62,727 nt of DNA, filler included, from 12 parts of 12 records of this genome joined end to end with filler, not necessarily neighbours in it, one strand, 5' to 3'; counted from the whole stretch's first letter, positions 23,492 to 37,200 are shown. Program-made: numbers and translations. The notes: a model not told the origin generated them from the sequence alone.

Positions 23492-25813
23492 TTACAAACG
23501 CGACGCGCCCTGCGGGAAGGACTTGGCATAGCGGGACAGCGCCCACACGGGGAAGATCATGCGGTACTGGGAGTATGTGATCATGCAGTTGGCATTGAAC
23601 ACGCCGCTAATGCCCTCCTGCGCCCAGTCGCCGTTGCTCAGCTGGCGGTTCATCAGCAGCTGCATGCGCAGAGAGAGAGAGTCAGAGTCACGAAGAAGTC
23701 CAAAGCGTTCACACATAACACTACACCCTCCCACACATACATGCACATAAACAAACAGATTCCAGAGTTTTAGTATGTACATCGCACACACACACAGCCA
23801 ACAGGCCCGCCATGAGTGTACCTGAGCCGCACGGTGCAGGGGCACGGGGTCTGCGTAACGGGCCGCGAGTAGAGACATCAGCGCCCACGCGGTGTTGACA
23901 ACCTGCGAGCCGTCGGGATGCTGGTGGTACTCGTGCGTGACCGAGGACTGTATGGGTGTGAGTGCGCGCGTGTGTGGGTGTATAGTGTGAGGGGGATGAC
24001 AGAGAACAAGGGCGGTGTTACGAATACGCGCACGCCGTAAGGAAAGAGAGAGCATATGTGAGAGAAGATACGGTGATACACGTTCAAGTCGACTGAGTTT
24101 GACGGAGTGACACAAAGCCCTCCGACGAGTACGGAACCTTCCGATCAAACAAACAAACAAACAAAAACAAAAACAACTGTACCCTACCGACCAAGTACGC
24201 TGCGAGGACGTACCAGATACGACTCGCCCCAGCCGCCGTCTGCGTTCTGGTTCTTGACCAAAAACTTGCACGCACGCTGAATGGCGTCGCAGGTCGGGTT
24301 CTCCCCACTGGCAAGCAGACCCTACGAAACACACAGAACCTGTATCAGAGATGCACACATACACACATACGTTTGCATATGTAATAAACTACTTGTGATA
24401 CAAACGCATGCCCATGCACACACTCATACAATGAGCAGCGCGCACATACCTCAATTCCGAACCACGTGCCGTATGTGAAACACACGCCCCAGCTGCCATA
24501 CCAGCCACCGTCGGGCCGCTGCAGCTTCTTAATGCACTGCACACCACGCACAATCGCACGGCTGCACACGATAACAACCACACACAGCAACCGCGCAACA
24601 GCGACTGTGAGACATTCACGGAACAAACAGAGGCATGCAATAGCAGCGATGGCGCAACACGCACGACCAAACAAACATAGATTCAGCAGAGAATCGCTCA
24701 CACGAAGGGTACGTACTCGATTTCTGCGCGACGGTGGTCGGGGTAGGCAGCACGAATGTGTGTGAGCGCCTGCACACATGCGGACGTGCACTCCACATAG
24801 GGGTAGTCGATCATGATGGCCCCTGCACAGCAAGCACACAGTGAGACAGCGCCCAGAGAGGGGGTGGGGACGAATAGGAACCACGCATACACACACACGC
24901 GAAACACATTCGACACACACGAAACTCTCTCTCTCTCTCTATATATATATCCTCTCTATATATATATCTATATATATCTATATATATGGCGCACACATGC
25001 ACAAGCACATGACTCGTCCGGCGCATACCAAACACCTCGGACGGGTTGAACAGCTCCAGCCACGCGCCCGTGCGAGTGAGTTCGTAAGTGGCCCACCCAC
25101 CACTGCCCTTGTTCTGCATCGAGAGGATGATATTGGCTGCCTCGTACAGACGCTCAGCAGGGAACTTTTTCAAGAACCTGTACGTGTGGGTTAGTTAACG
25201 TGCGCGCGAAACGGAGCTATCATTATTCGCAGAGACACGTCGCACGACATACACACAAATTCGCACAAATCACTTTCGATCGAGACACCGCAACACCACC
25301 AACCGTGAAACATATAGTTGCGCTGTGAGAAGACACGTACGGGAGGGTCTGCAGCTTGCACACCGCTTTCACCGCTTCTGAGGTACAGTCTAACATCGCA
25401 CAGAGTCAGTATCAGTACACCGCGCGCAAGGAGAGTGGCAAAACACAGAGCGATGTGAAAGGTGATCTTTGTGTTCCCTGAGGCGGCTACATGGCAGGAC
25501 ATACATCGTCACGGGCAGCAGCGGCGTACCTGAGATGGGCCAGCCGTGGTCCCGTGTGGAGAAGGGCCATGCGCCCTTGGAAATGTGTCGGAAGTAGTGC
25601 TCTACGTTGTCCACCTGCAGGCAGACAGCAGTCAGACAGACAGAAGCACACAGAGACACACATACATATGTAAACGCGCGACGAGGCGAGCATGATAACC
25701 ACGCAACGACAAACATACACACACATATATATCGCGCACCTCTTCCGCGACCTGCGAGATGTCAAAGTAGTGGTACGCCTTGCTGAGAACGTCCTTGAAC
25801 TCTTCGGTCAGAC
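23492..25813 (-). CDS. Eukaryotic oxidosqualene cyclase, cycloartenol-synthase type; C-terminal about 9 exons, 5'-partial
   Basis: Spliced [79 protein letters not shown] and [20 protein letters not shown]; stop TAA at 23492. Confidence 0.93.
24924..24988. repeat. (CT)n(TA)n microsatellite inside a cyclase intron
   Basis: Directly visible dinucleotide runs. Confidence 0.85.
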
Positions 25814-25964
25814 CTGCACCCCACGCCATGCCGCCATACACACACAACACACACACACACACACNNNNNNNNNNNNNNNNNNNNNNNNNNNNNNNNNNNN
25901 NNNNNNNNTTAATTAATTAANNNNNNNNNNNNNNNNNNNNNNNNNNNNNNNNNNNNNNNNNNNN

Positions 25965-26002
25965 GAGTAGGCGACAAGCGCGAGCAGAGCAAAAACGGGC
26001 AT
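25965..26002 (-). CDS. ypjD: 5' end of inner membrane protein YpjD
   Basis: MPVFALLALVAY, divergent from ffh. Confidence 0.75.
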
Positions 26003-26168
26003 AGTGATGTCGACAGTTTGAGCAATAAGAAAGAGAAGCAGTATAGCGTCAGGTGAACGCTGCTCCAACCGTTGCATAACAACAAAGACGCCTTCATGTT
26101 ATACTGCGGCAAAATACTGATGATGTGTCGCGATTGCGGCCAACCGTTTCCACCCCAGGCGAGAGACA

Positions 26169-27530
26169 ATGTTTGATAATTTAACCGATCGTTTGTCGCG
26201 CACGCTGCGCAATATCAGTGGCCGTGGACGCCTCACTGAAGACAACGTAAAAGATACGCTGCGCGAAGTGCGCATGGCGCTGCTGGAGGCGGACGTAGCT
26301 CTGCCGGTAGTGCGTGAGTTTATCAATCGCGTAAAAGAGAAAGCGGTTGGTCATGAAGTTAATAAGAGCCTGACGCCGGGGCAGGAGTTCGTCAAAATAG
26401 TCCGTAACGAACTGGTTGCGGCGATGGGCGAAGAGAACCAGACCCTGAACCTGGCTGCGCAACCGCCTGCGGTCGTACTGATGGCGGGCCTGCAAGGTGC
26501 CGGTAAAACAACCAGCGTTGGTAAACTCGGTAAGTTCCTGCGCGAGAAGCACAAGAAGAAAGTGCTGGTGGTTTCTGCCGACGTTTATCGCCCGGCGGCA
26601 ATCAAACAGCTTGAGACGCTGGCAGAGCAGGTGGGCGTTGATTTCTTCCCTTCTGATGTTGGTCAGAAGCCGGTAGATATCGTTAACGCGGCGCTGAAAG
26701 AAGCCAAACTGAAATTCTACGACGTGCTGCTGGTGGATACCGCTGGTCGTCTGCACGTTGACGAAGCGATGATGGACGAGATCAAACAAGTCCATGCGTC
26801 GATTAACCCGGTTGAAACCCTGTTTGTGGTTGACGCCATGACCGGTCAGGATGCGGCCAATACGGCAAAAGCATTCAATGAAGCGTTACCGCTTACCGGC
26901 GTAGTGTTGACCAAAGTGGACGGCGATGCCCGCGGCGGTGCGGCGCTCTCTATTCGTCACATCACTGGCAAACCGATCAAGTTCCTCGGTGTTGGCGAGA
27001 AAACTGAGGCGCTGGAGCCGTTCCATCCGGACCGCATCGCGTCGCGTATTCTCGGCATGGGCGACGTACTGTCGCTGATCGAAGATATCGAAAGCAAAGT
27101 TGACCGCGCGCAGGCAGAGAAATTAGCCAGCAAGCTGAAAAAAGGTGACGGCTTCGATCTCAACGACTTTCTTGAGCAGCTGCGCCAGATGAAAAATATG
27201 GGCGGCATGGCTAGTCTGATGGGCAAGCTGCCGGGCATGGGGCAGATCCCGGATAACGTCAAGTCACAGATGGACGATAAAGTGCTGGTGCGTATGGAAG
27301 CCATCATCAACTCGATGACGATGAAAGAGCGCGCTAAGCCAGAAATCATCAAAGGTTCGCGTAAACGCCGTATTGCTGCCGGTTGCGGTATGCAGGTGCA
27401 GGACGTTAACCGTCTTCTGAAACAGTTCGACGACATGCAGCGCATGATGAAGAAAATGAAGAAGGGCGGAATGGCGAAGATGATGAGAAGCATGAAGGGT
27501 ATGATGCCCCCAGGCTTCCCTGGTCGCTAA
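26169..27530 (+). CDS. ffh: Signal recognition particle protein
   Basis: 453 aa, GLQGAGKTT, DTAGR, Met-rich M domain. Confidence 0.99.
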   Translation: MFDNLTDRLSRTLRNISGRGRLTEDNVKDTLREVRMALLEADVALPVVREFINRVKEKAVGHEVNKSLTPGQEFVKIVRNELVAAMGEENQTLNLAAQPPAVVLMAGLQGAGKTTSVGKLGKFLREKHKKKVLVVSADVYRPAAIKQLETLAEQVGVDFFPSDVGQKPVDIVNAALKEAKLKFYDVLLVDTAGRLHVDEAMMDEIKQVHASINPVETLFVVDAMTGQDAANTAKAFNEALPLTGVVLTKVDGDARGGAALSIRHITGKPIKFLGVGEKTEALEPFHPDRIASRILGMGDVLSLIEDIESKVDRAQAEKLASKLKKGDGFDLNDFLEQLRQMKNMGGMASLMGKLPGMGQIPDNVKSQMDDKVLVRMEAIINSMTMKERAKPEIIKGSRKRRIAAGCGMQVQDVNRLLKQFDDMQRMMKKMKKGGMAKMMRSMKGMMPPGFPGR

Positions 27531-27532
27531 TC

Positions 27533-27650
27533 GGCCTGGCTTGTTTGCCATTTTGGCACCGGGATGTGCTCGTCATCCTCACGTACTGCGTGTACGCTCC
27601 GGTGACTGCGCGCACTCCGGCACCAAACTGGCTGCACCGCCGACGGCCTT
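27533..27650. repeat. Intergenic palindromic repeat, probably the enterobacterial RSA family
   Basis: Core CTCACGTACTGCGTGTACGCTCCGG...CCAAACTGGCTGC resembles RSA as I recall it; boundaries approximate. Confidence 0.45.
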
Positions 27651-27675
27651 TTACAGCAGAGTTAGCAACTGTTGA

Positions 27676-28027
<352 letters not shown>

Positions 28028-28045
28028 TCTGTCACGGTGGTCATG

Positions 28046-28594
28046 ATGAGCAAACAACTCACCGCGCAAGCACCTGTTGATCCCATCGTTTTGGGAAAAA
28101 TGGGTTCGTCTTACGGTATTCGTGGGTGGCTCAGAGTGTTTTCTTCCACCGAAGACGCCGAAAGCATTTTTGACTATCAGCCCTGGTTTATCCAGAAGGC
28201 GGGTCAGTGGCAGCAAGTCCAGCTGGAAAGCTGGAAGCACCACAATCAGGACATGATCATCAAGCTGAAAGGCGTTGACGATCGTGATGCGGCGAACCTG
28301 CTGACGAATTGTGAAATTGTCGTGGATTCATCGCAGCTGCCTCAGCTTGAAGAGGGGGACTACTACTGGAAAGACCTGATGGGCTGCCAGGTAGTAACCA
28401 CTGAAGGCTACGATCTCGGTAAAGTCGTCGATATGATGGAAACCGGATCTAATGACGTTCTCGTCATTAAGGCAAACCTGAAAGATGCGTTTGGTATCAA
28501 GGAACGTCTCGTACCGTTCCTCGATGGGCAGGTTATCAAGAAAGTCGATCTCACTACTCGTTCAATCGAAGTAGATTGGGATCCTGGTTTTTAA
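28046..28594 (+). CDS. rimM: Ribosome maturation factor RimM
   Basis: 182 aa, [17 protein letters not shown] barrel. Confidence 0.98.
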
Positions 28595-28624
28595 ACCACC
28601 GGATAAACGGTAAAAGACGGCGCT

Positions 28625-29392
28625 ATGTGGATTGGCATAATTAGCCTGTTTCCTGAAATGTTCCGCGCAATTACCGATTACGGGGTAACTGGCCGGGCAG
28701 TTAAAAATGGCCTGCTGAGCATCCAGAGCTGGAGTCCTCGCGACTTCACGCATGACCGGCACCGTACCGTGGACGATCGTCCTTACGGCGGCGGACCGGG
28801 GATGTTAATGATGGTGCAACCCTTGCGGGACGCCATTCATGCAGCAAAAGCCGCGGCGGGTGAAGGCGCAAAGGTGATTTATCTGTCACCACAGGGACGC
28901 AAGCTTGATCAAGCGGGCGTCAGCGAACTGGCAACGAATCAAAAATTGATTCTGGTGTGCGGTCGCTACGAAGGTATAGATGAGCGCGTGATCCAAACCG
29001 AAATTGACGAAGAATGGTCAATCGGCGATTACGTTCTCAGTGGTGGTGAGTTACCAGCAATGACGCTGATTGACTCCGTTTCCCGGTTTATTCCGGGAGT
29101 ACTGGGACATGAAGCCTCGGCAACGGAAGATTCCTTTGCTGAAGGATTGCTGGATTGCCCGCACTATACGCGGCCTGAGGTGTTAGAAGGGATGGAAGTT
29201 CCGCCAGTGTTACTGTCGGGCAACCATGCCGAGATACGTCGCTGGCGTTTGAAACAGTCGCTGGGCCGTACCTGGCTTAGAAGACCTGAACTTCTGGAAA
29301 ACCTGGCTCTGACTGAAGAGCAAGCAAGGTTGCTGGCGGAGTTCAAAACGGAACACGCACAACAGCAACATAAACATGATGGGATGGCGTAA
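28625..29392 (+). CDS. trmD: tRNA (guanine37-N1)-methyltransferase
   Basis: 255 aa, [12 protein letters not shown] and [10 protein letters not shown]. Confidence 0.99.
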
Positions 29393-29430
29393 GCCCCCGA
29401 GATATCAGTTTACCCAGGATAAGAGATTAA

Positions 29431-29781
<351 letters not shown>

Positions 29782-29806
29782 GATTTCGCTTAAGCGACAT
29801 CCTGTT

Positions 29807-29841
29807 AAGAAGGGCTGGCCAATTGGCTGGCCCTTTTTTAT
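29807..29841. terminator. Terminator after rplS
   Basis: AAGGGCTGGCC-AATT-GGCTGGCCCTT followed by a T-run. Confidence 0.8.
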
Positions 29842-29856
29842 CTGTTTGCTGGTGTT

Positions 29857-30339
29857 TTAAGGGGTAGTAATCACCACTGCGACGCGGCGGTTCTCGGCGC
29901 GGCCCTGGGCGGTCTTGTTACTGGCTATGGGATATTTTTTTCCTAAACCCTGTGTGGTGAGATTGCTGCGTGGAATTTGTCCACCCATAGCCCATGCATC
30001 GGCCACGACATTCGCCCGTTTCAATGATAAGCCTTCGTTGTAACTGTCTTCACCATAGTTATCGGTGTGTCCATCCATACGGGCATGTGTTAGCCCTGTC
30101 GAGGCCAATTTAGCTGCCATGGTTTGGATCTGTTGCTGGCTTTCCGGGAGCAATTTGTAGTCATTTTTTGCGAACAGAATGGCATCTGATAAGCCCAGCG
30201 ACCAGTCGCCGGCGGATTCAGTAAATCCATAAGATTGCATAGCGGCGACTTGCTCAGGAGTAAACTTTCCCTGAGGGGACTGGCAGCCAGTCAGTATTAG
30301 TGAGGTGAAAACCAGGGGTGCTACCAGGTGCTTTATCAT
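29857..30339 (-). CDS. yfiB: OmpA-like lipoprotein YfiB
   Basis: 160 aa, lipobox LTGC, GHTD and NRRV. Confidence 0.96.
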   Translation of the reverse strand: MIKHLVAPLVFTSLILTGCQSPQGKFTPEQVAAMQSYGFTESAGDWSLGLSDAILFAKNDYKLLPESQQQIQTMAAKLASTGLTHARMDGHTDNYGEDSYNEGLSLKRANVVADAWAMGGQIPRSNLTTQGLGKKYPIASNKTAQGRAENRRVAVVITTP

Positions 30340-30354
30340 ATCGATATATCCTTG

Positions 30355-31580
30355 TTATCTCACCAGCTTTTCGGCACGCTGGTGTTTGGCCTGATACATA
30401 TTGTGATCGGCAAGCTCTTGTAATTTTTCCGCAGAGGCGTGCTCAATGGTCATCGCGTAACCAATGCTTAATGTCATGGTGGTCTGATGGCCATTATGAA
30501 GATCAAACGGGAGATTAAAGATTTGTGTCAGTGCTGAACATATCTGCTGCACTTCAGATTCCGACTGTACATCATAGAGCACCATAGCGAATTCATCGCC
30601 GCCCAGGCGGTATGCTTTATGTCGCAGCCCGCCAAATTCAGCTAACCGTTTTGCGATTTCAATCAAGACTCTATCGCCCGTCGCATGACCCCAGGTATCA
30701 TTGATGTATTTGAAATTATCGCCATCAAGAAATAGTAACGCCGACGTTTTTCGGGCATCGGAATTGTTCATCAACGTGTTGATGCCGCTACGAAACGCTG
30801 CGCGGTTAGCCAGCCCGGTTAATGGGTCATGTAGCGCGGTACGTAGAAGCTGCGCATTTTTAGCCTGTAAACGAAGCTGCCACTCTTCCATTTCATCCAG
30901 CAGACTGTTGAAGTCGAGAGCGAAGCGGTGAAACTCAGCGATACGTTCTTCCGAAACTCGTCGGGAAAAATTGCGGTTGGAACGCACATCATGTACGACA
31001 TCGGTGATATTTTTCAGCGCTTCTACCAGGCCATTGTGCAAATGGCGGGTGAGGGTAATTGCGATGCCTGATGCCAGCAGAATACAACCGGTCAGTACGG
31101 CGAGCGAAAACCAGATAAAATGGCTGATTGAACTGTCGCGAGCGGTTAAGCGTACTTCGCCAATGGTTTCACCATTGTGACGAATCGGCTGAATGATGGG
31201 GGCAGGGAAGAGCCAGTGGCTTATGAAATTACTGAAAGTATCGCCTGGATCCTTACGGGTGTAATGCCAGGATGCCAGAATATTTTGCTGCTTATCACGT
31301 ACTTCTGCAGTTGAAAATTGCCCTTGCTGGCCCAGCGCTGCCAGTGTTTCAGTTGCTGCAGGGCCATCGGCAAAACGACAGCTGCTTCCAGACTGTAAGT
31401 CATTGTTGCTGCTGTCAGTGCCAGGTTTTTTTGCGCGTACTGTTTCAGGGTCAGCACCGAGGTCACGGAAAGCAGCAACCAGATCAGCATCATAGTGATA
31501 AATATGCTGGTCATACTGATGTTGCGTAATGCTCTTTTAAACGTGGGGCGCTTATTAAGAGAATTATCGTTATCCATCAT
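30355..31580 (-). CDS. dgcN: Diguanylate cyclase DgcN/YfiN (apparent -1 frameshift at about 31372-31375)
   Basis: N-terminal TM part and HAMP-GGDEF part (RLGGDEF) are in different frames. The span of 1226 nt is one short of a codon multiple, and adding one T to GTTTTGCC restores ...[11 protein letters not shown]. Confidence 0.93.
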
Positions 31581-32088
31581 TTTTCTTCCGTGCGAGCATT
31601 AAGACATCCGGGTTGACCTTTACACCGCTACGCGATAAGGCATCCAGGTTTACGGCAAATCTGACGTCATTATTGTGGATGATCAGACAAAAGGCGCTAC
31701 CAATAATGCACTCGGTATTTTGTTCGGCAATTAATAATAACGCCTTTGACGGATATTGTTCGGTTAATTCCATCTGGAATGTCGGTGACTCGTTGCCAAA
31801 ATAAAAACCATTGCAGCCTGAAATCATCGCCTCTTGTTGAGTGTGAATGATGACAGGCAGATAAGGCAAAGATGTCGCGGCATTCTCTTGTAGGGCGGTA
31901 CTAAAACGTGAAGATGAAAAGATACATAACTTTGGTGGCCCTGATAGCGCAGGCCAGCGGGTGTAACTGACAATACCGGAAACCATCATACGCACGTTTT
32001 TCGCAACGTCAGAAGGCTCCTGAGCGAGTATTGGTGCTCCCGTCAGCAGGAGAATCAGAAGTAAGAACAGTCGGTGAGAAAAACGCAT
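31570..32088 (-). CDS. yfiR: Periplasmic regulator YfiR
   Basis: 172 aa with signal peptide, GIVSYTRWP; first gene of yfiRNB. Confidence 0.95.
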
Positions 32089-32233
32089 TCAGGGATCCCC
32101 ACCATCTTCGCTCGAAATGCATCGATATTTTTTNNNNNNNNNNNNNNNNNNNNNNNNNNNNNNNNNNNNNNNNNNNNTTAATTAATTAANNNNNNNNNNN
32201 NNNNNNNNNNNNNNNNNNNNNNNNNNNNNNNNN

Positions 32234-34024
32234 GCCGCATTGGTCTCGTTGCCGTCTGCGGGGCGCCACACAGCGAGGTTGGGGGTGGCGCGCATGAGGG
32301 GGATAGCCTCGATGGGCTGGTGCGTGGGACCGTCCTCCCCGACACCGATGGAGTCGTGCGTCATGATGTACATGACGTGGTGGTGTGAGAGCGCGCTCAG
32401 ACGGACGGAGGGGAAGCAGTACTCGATAAAGTTGAGGAAGGTGGAGCAGTAGGGGCGCAGGCCGCCGAAGGACGCGATGCCGTTGCAGATGGCCGCCATT
32501 GCTGCACACACGCCACCACAAACAAACAAACAAACAAACAAAGACACACAATGAGCACCAGGACTGCGGCCCTGACAGCGTTGACGAGCGTACCGTGCTC
32601 GCGGACACCGAAGCGGATGTTGCGGCCGGCCGGGGTCGCACGCTGGAAGTCGTTCGACATCTTCAGATAGGTGAACGTGGACGGGTTCAGATCGGCCGAT
32701 CCACCAAAGATCTCCGGCATGCTCTTGGCCATCGCGTTGAGTGTCGCCTCGCCCAGCTGCCGTGTCGCGGTCGCCTTCTGTCCGCTCGCGTACGTGGGCA
32801 GCGCAGAGGTCCATCCTGCGGGGGCGCCCATATGCAGGCGGCGCTGCAGATCGCGCCCGAGCTCGGGGGACGCCTCAATGAACTTGGTGAACATCGCACG
32901 CCACTCCGTCGCCAGCTGGGTCCCGGCCGCAGCACGTGCTCCGTAGTATGCGCGGACGCTGTCGGGCACCACAAAGCTCTGTGCGGGGTCGAAACCGAGC
33001 TCCTTCTTCAGCAGGGCCAGCTCCTCGGCCTTGAGGGGGCTGCCGTGGACCTTCTCCGTGCCGGCGTGCACCGAGCCGAACCCGATGGTGGTGCGCACCT
33101 GGAGCAGCATGAGCAAACACACACAACCATCACACATGTTTACAACGATCGCACTGCACCACAGCACACACAGCCCCGTAACAAACGCGCATACCTTAAT
33201 GAACGACGGCCGAGTGGTCTCCTCCTGCGCCGCCTTGATCGCCGCACGCAGCGAGCTCAGGTCACGGTCGCCATCGCCCACCGTCTGCACGTGCCAGCCG
33301 TACGCAGCAAAGCGTGCCGCCACGTCCTCTGTGAACGCAAGCTCGGTCTCGCCGTCGATGGTGATCTTGTTGTCGTCGTAGAACACAATCAGACGGCCCA
33401 GACCCAGATGGCCCGCCAGCGACGCAGCCTCAGAGGTGATGCCTTCCATCATGCAGCCGTCACCGCAGATGCAGTAGGTGAATGAGTTGAAGAGCTCAAA
33501 GTCGGGCGTGTTGAAAGTGGCGGCCATGTGAGCCTGGGCGATTGCAATACCCACGGCGTTGGAGAAACCCTGCCCGAGAGGACCGGTGGACACTTCGACA
33601 CCGGGCGTGATGTGCGCTTCGGGATGCCCGGGAGTCTTGCTGTGCAGCTGACGGAACCGCTTCAGCTCATCCATGGGCAGCTCGTAGCCGGAGAGGTGCA
33701 GCATGGAGTACTGGCGAGACAATGAGCGGTGGATTGACGAAAGAACCACCGCAGGCGTACCTGGAGTGCACAACCATGCCCGTTGGAGAGGACAAACCGG
33801 TCACGGTTCACCTGAAAACGACTGATTGAGTCCAATTGCACAATCATGGGAAATCATACCCACTCCGGTTCGCGAGGTGCGTAGCGCATAACCTCACCCC
33901 AAAGCAAATGAGCGATAGGGGCGCAGCCCAGCGGGGCACCAGGATGCCCACTGTTGGCCTTGGTCACCATGTCCGCGGACAAAACACGGATGGTGTTCAC
34001 GCATAGCTGCTCCTCGGGATTCAT
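32234..34024 (-). CDS. TKT: Eukaryotic transketolase, spliced, 3'-partial
   Basis: [33 protein letters not shown], |[27 protein letters not shown] and [16 protein letters not shown]; intron 33859-33812 and others. Confidence 0.95.
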
Positions 34025-34280
34025 TCTTAACTGCTATGCAGAGGTCTGAGAGTCGAAAGATGAAAAGCAGCGATGCCAATTGCCTATCCCACCGAACACG
34101 CACATGTTCTAGTTCGATCGCTCGGAATCTCGTGTTGACACTTTCAGAATCGAGTCCCCGTTCCGTTCGCTTGCTCGGACCCTCGATTCGAGACTACTGT
34201 CTCTCTGCAATGTCTGCATGATCTATGCGCAGTGTGGGGGTGCGGACTGTCATAGTGAGCAGCCTGTAAGAGATGAGACT

Positions 34281-37200
34281 ATGGGTGACATAACGGATAA
34301 CCCGGATCGCTGGTCGTCTGCCAGCATTTCGCTGCCCAGATTACCGACTGCACCCACCACTCCCGGTGATGCATTGGCTCGCGCTGCTCAACGCTTGCCT
34401 GCATTTGTTGGTCCGAACTCTGCGCGTCTGTCAACATCGAAAGCGTCATGGAAGAAACCGAATCCATTCGTGTCCTCCACGAAGGAGTCAAGCCTGGAGG
34501 TGTGGCCCGCTGGTGCAGGATCAACTTATAGTGAGCGAATGTATGCATCGAAAGCAACGCCTCGATTTCTGCAACAGATTCAGAATTATCTCGATGCTGA
34601 ATTAGCGAGAATTCCGAACACAAGGTTCGTTGTTGTCGAATTCCATTCAAGGCATCTAAATTCTGTTTATAGTGATCTGCCCAGCGAAGCGCGTCTGCAA
34701 GTATTTCGGGAAGTATTTGGTGCGTCTGTGATTCAAATATCAGGGTTTGCTTTTTAGGGAGAGTTAATATTTCGCTGTACTACAGAGTTTATCATTCGGG
34801 ACTTCCGTTCGTACCAGCCTATCTTGGCAGCTATCAAAAAAGAATATGAGGGTCTTCTGGAACACTACTCCCAGCAGATTCGGTTCATGTACGTTCCTGT
34901 TGTATGCACTTTATCGACACGGCGATGCTCAGTTCACCTTTCACTGCGTGTTCTCGTGTGTTAATTCGGCTTCGTGCTCGTGGTTGGTTGTGAGTAGGCA
35001 ACCGCTGCAAGCTCGCCTGTCTACAATCAAAACGGAAGCAGATTCGGCGAATCAAAACAATGCAATCTCGCACAGAGGCGGTGGAGGAAAGACTGCGGGA
35101 GAACCTCAGAGAGAGCGAGAAAGAAAACAGAGAGCTGCGGACCAAAGTGGATATTCTGGGCATGGAGAACGACGAACTCAAAGAACAGCTGATGGCGGCC
35201 GAACAACTTCTGGCTGAAAGTAAGGAGTCCAAATCATTGTTGTACAGAGCGATGCGCAGAATGCAGGATGAGAGAGATGCTAGTGGGGCGATGGCAGACG
35301 AGCACGGTGGCACAGTGCACAGCCTCACGCAGAAGCTGAATCATGGTATGCGTCTGTCGGTAGTGTTCATCTGTGACACCGTCACCTGATCTTGAAACTG
35401 ATTATGAGAGTGTGTGTGTGCAGCTCAAACGGAGCTGACGCGGACTTTGGCGGAGCTCGCGCAAAAGAACGAAGAACTCAAATTACGCGTGCACCGATCC
35501 AAGCTGGAAGAAGCAGAGAACGAACTATCTCGCTCGCAGACACACCTTGCCGCCTTTAAGAAGACCTATCATACGCTGGTGCGTGTATAAATGCAACCAC
35601 TTCCCGTCTCCAACAGGCTCATCTTGTGTGTTGTTTGTTCTATGTGTAGATGACGGAGCATGCTGTGCTGGCGGAGCGGCTGAAGCAAGCTCTTGTGATG
35701 CAGTCGGTGGCGGAGAACGAGCGAGATGCCTTGAAGCAGAACGGAGGTGCTCGTATTGATTGGACGGACGCGCCCAACCACTATGCCGCAGTTGAGATTG
35801 AGGGCCATCCGGACCAGGACATCGTGGAGCAGCTGTACCGCGAGTTAGATCGGGTACGTGAAGACTCAGTTGCCTGTTTACGATCACATCGTTAACGTTT
35901 ATTGTTTTCTATCCGTCCAGTTGAGTGGCAAGCGGTGTCAGACACGCACTAGCTCCACGAATCAAGGTGGGCCAGACTTCTTTGATTCACGAGGAACTGG
36001 CTCTGATGTCCCCAAGTACTTACGCTACCCCGCGGGTCAATCTATTCGAAATCGACGGCTGGCCAAACGCGACACCGAGGTGATGATCAAGGATATCTGG
36101 GACGAGAAAATCAAGTACGACAAGGCCCATTCTGCAAAGGATTCGGTACGCTGCGAGTGCTTTAATCTGGTCCCTTGTTTAACTGTGTGGCGTTTGTAGA
36201 TGGAGAATTTCTTCCTTCTGTATCTGCAGAATCGGTTTGGCATCGCGAATGTGATCGCCGAGTACGCGTACAGTTTGGTGGACGCCCTCGAGAGGTTCAA
36301 CTACGACCCTGATTGCGACCTGTTCCAGAAGATTTTAGAAGGTTTGACGTCGTGAAACCTTCGTCTGTAATGTTCATTCGCCCGACTTGTTCACTCATGC
36401 GTATCGTTCTGTAGGAGAGCTGGAGGAGGATGTATATATGGACCAGATGAACATGCTCAAGGACCTCGAAGGTTACATTCAGCGTGTGGCTGCCCGTGAG
36501 GCCCAGCACCCTACAGACATGATTGCGCGCGACAGCCTTACTCTTTGTCTGAAGAGGTTCTTCCCGGGAAAAAGCGAAGAGCATTTCGTGGCGTTACACA
36601 AGGTACTTGCCCTAGTGCCCGCGTGTGTAGTGAGCTTCGGAGCTGGGTCCTCACGTGTGTGTTATTTCCCCGCTCGCAGGCACTGCAAAATGACCAGCCC
36701 GAGGGGCCCGTGCGATGGCCTGCGTTGTTCGAAGAGGACCGCGAAGGCAGTCAGTGTGAGTTTATGGAACTGCTGCGGGATCAGCACGTGAGCGAACGCG
36801 AAGAATACCTCCATCATCTTGAGGTATGTCCCTCTCTCCCGTTATATGGGGGTGAAGCGCTTTCACTGTCTTCGTTGCTGAAACTCGAAACCCCTGCAGA
36901 CGCATTTGAAGGAGATCTACATGGCGAAGGAGGTGCAGAGAGCCGAGGACTATGGCAAAGTCACGTTCGCTGATGTAAAATCCGCATTCTCCGTGGTACG
37001 TCTGTGCGTGCGCGTCCCACTACGGTATTGCCTCATGTCACAGCGTCTATCTGAGGATGTCACTTACCCGATCTTGTAGGTGGACCCCAACAAACGCGAT
37101 GGCGAACTGGAAACTTACCTATCGCGTGGATTCGGTGTGCCGAGCAAGATGCTCAAACCAGAGTTGACCATCGTGGTCACAGAGTTTATCAGAGTACGCT

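Noticed and set aside
32499-33485. 328-aa ORF antisense to transketolase
   Set aside because: By-product of high GC3 codon usage on the sense strand, and it runs through introns.
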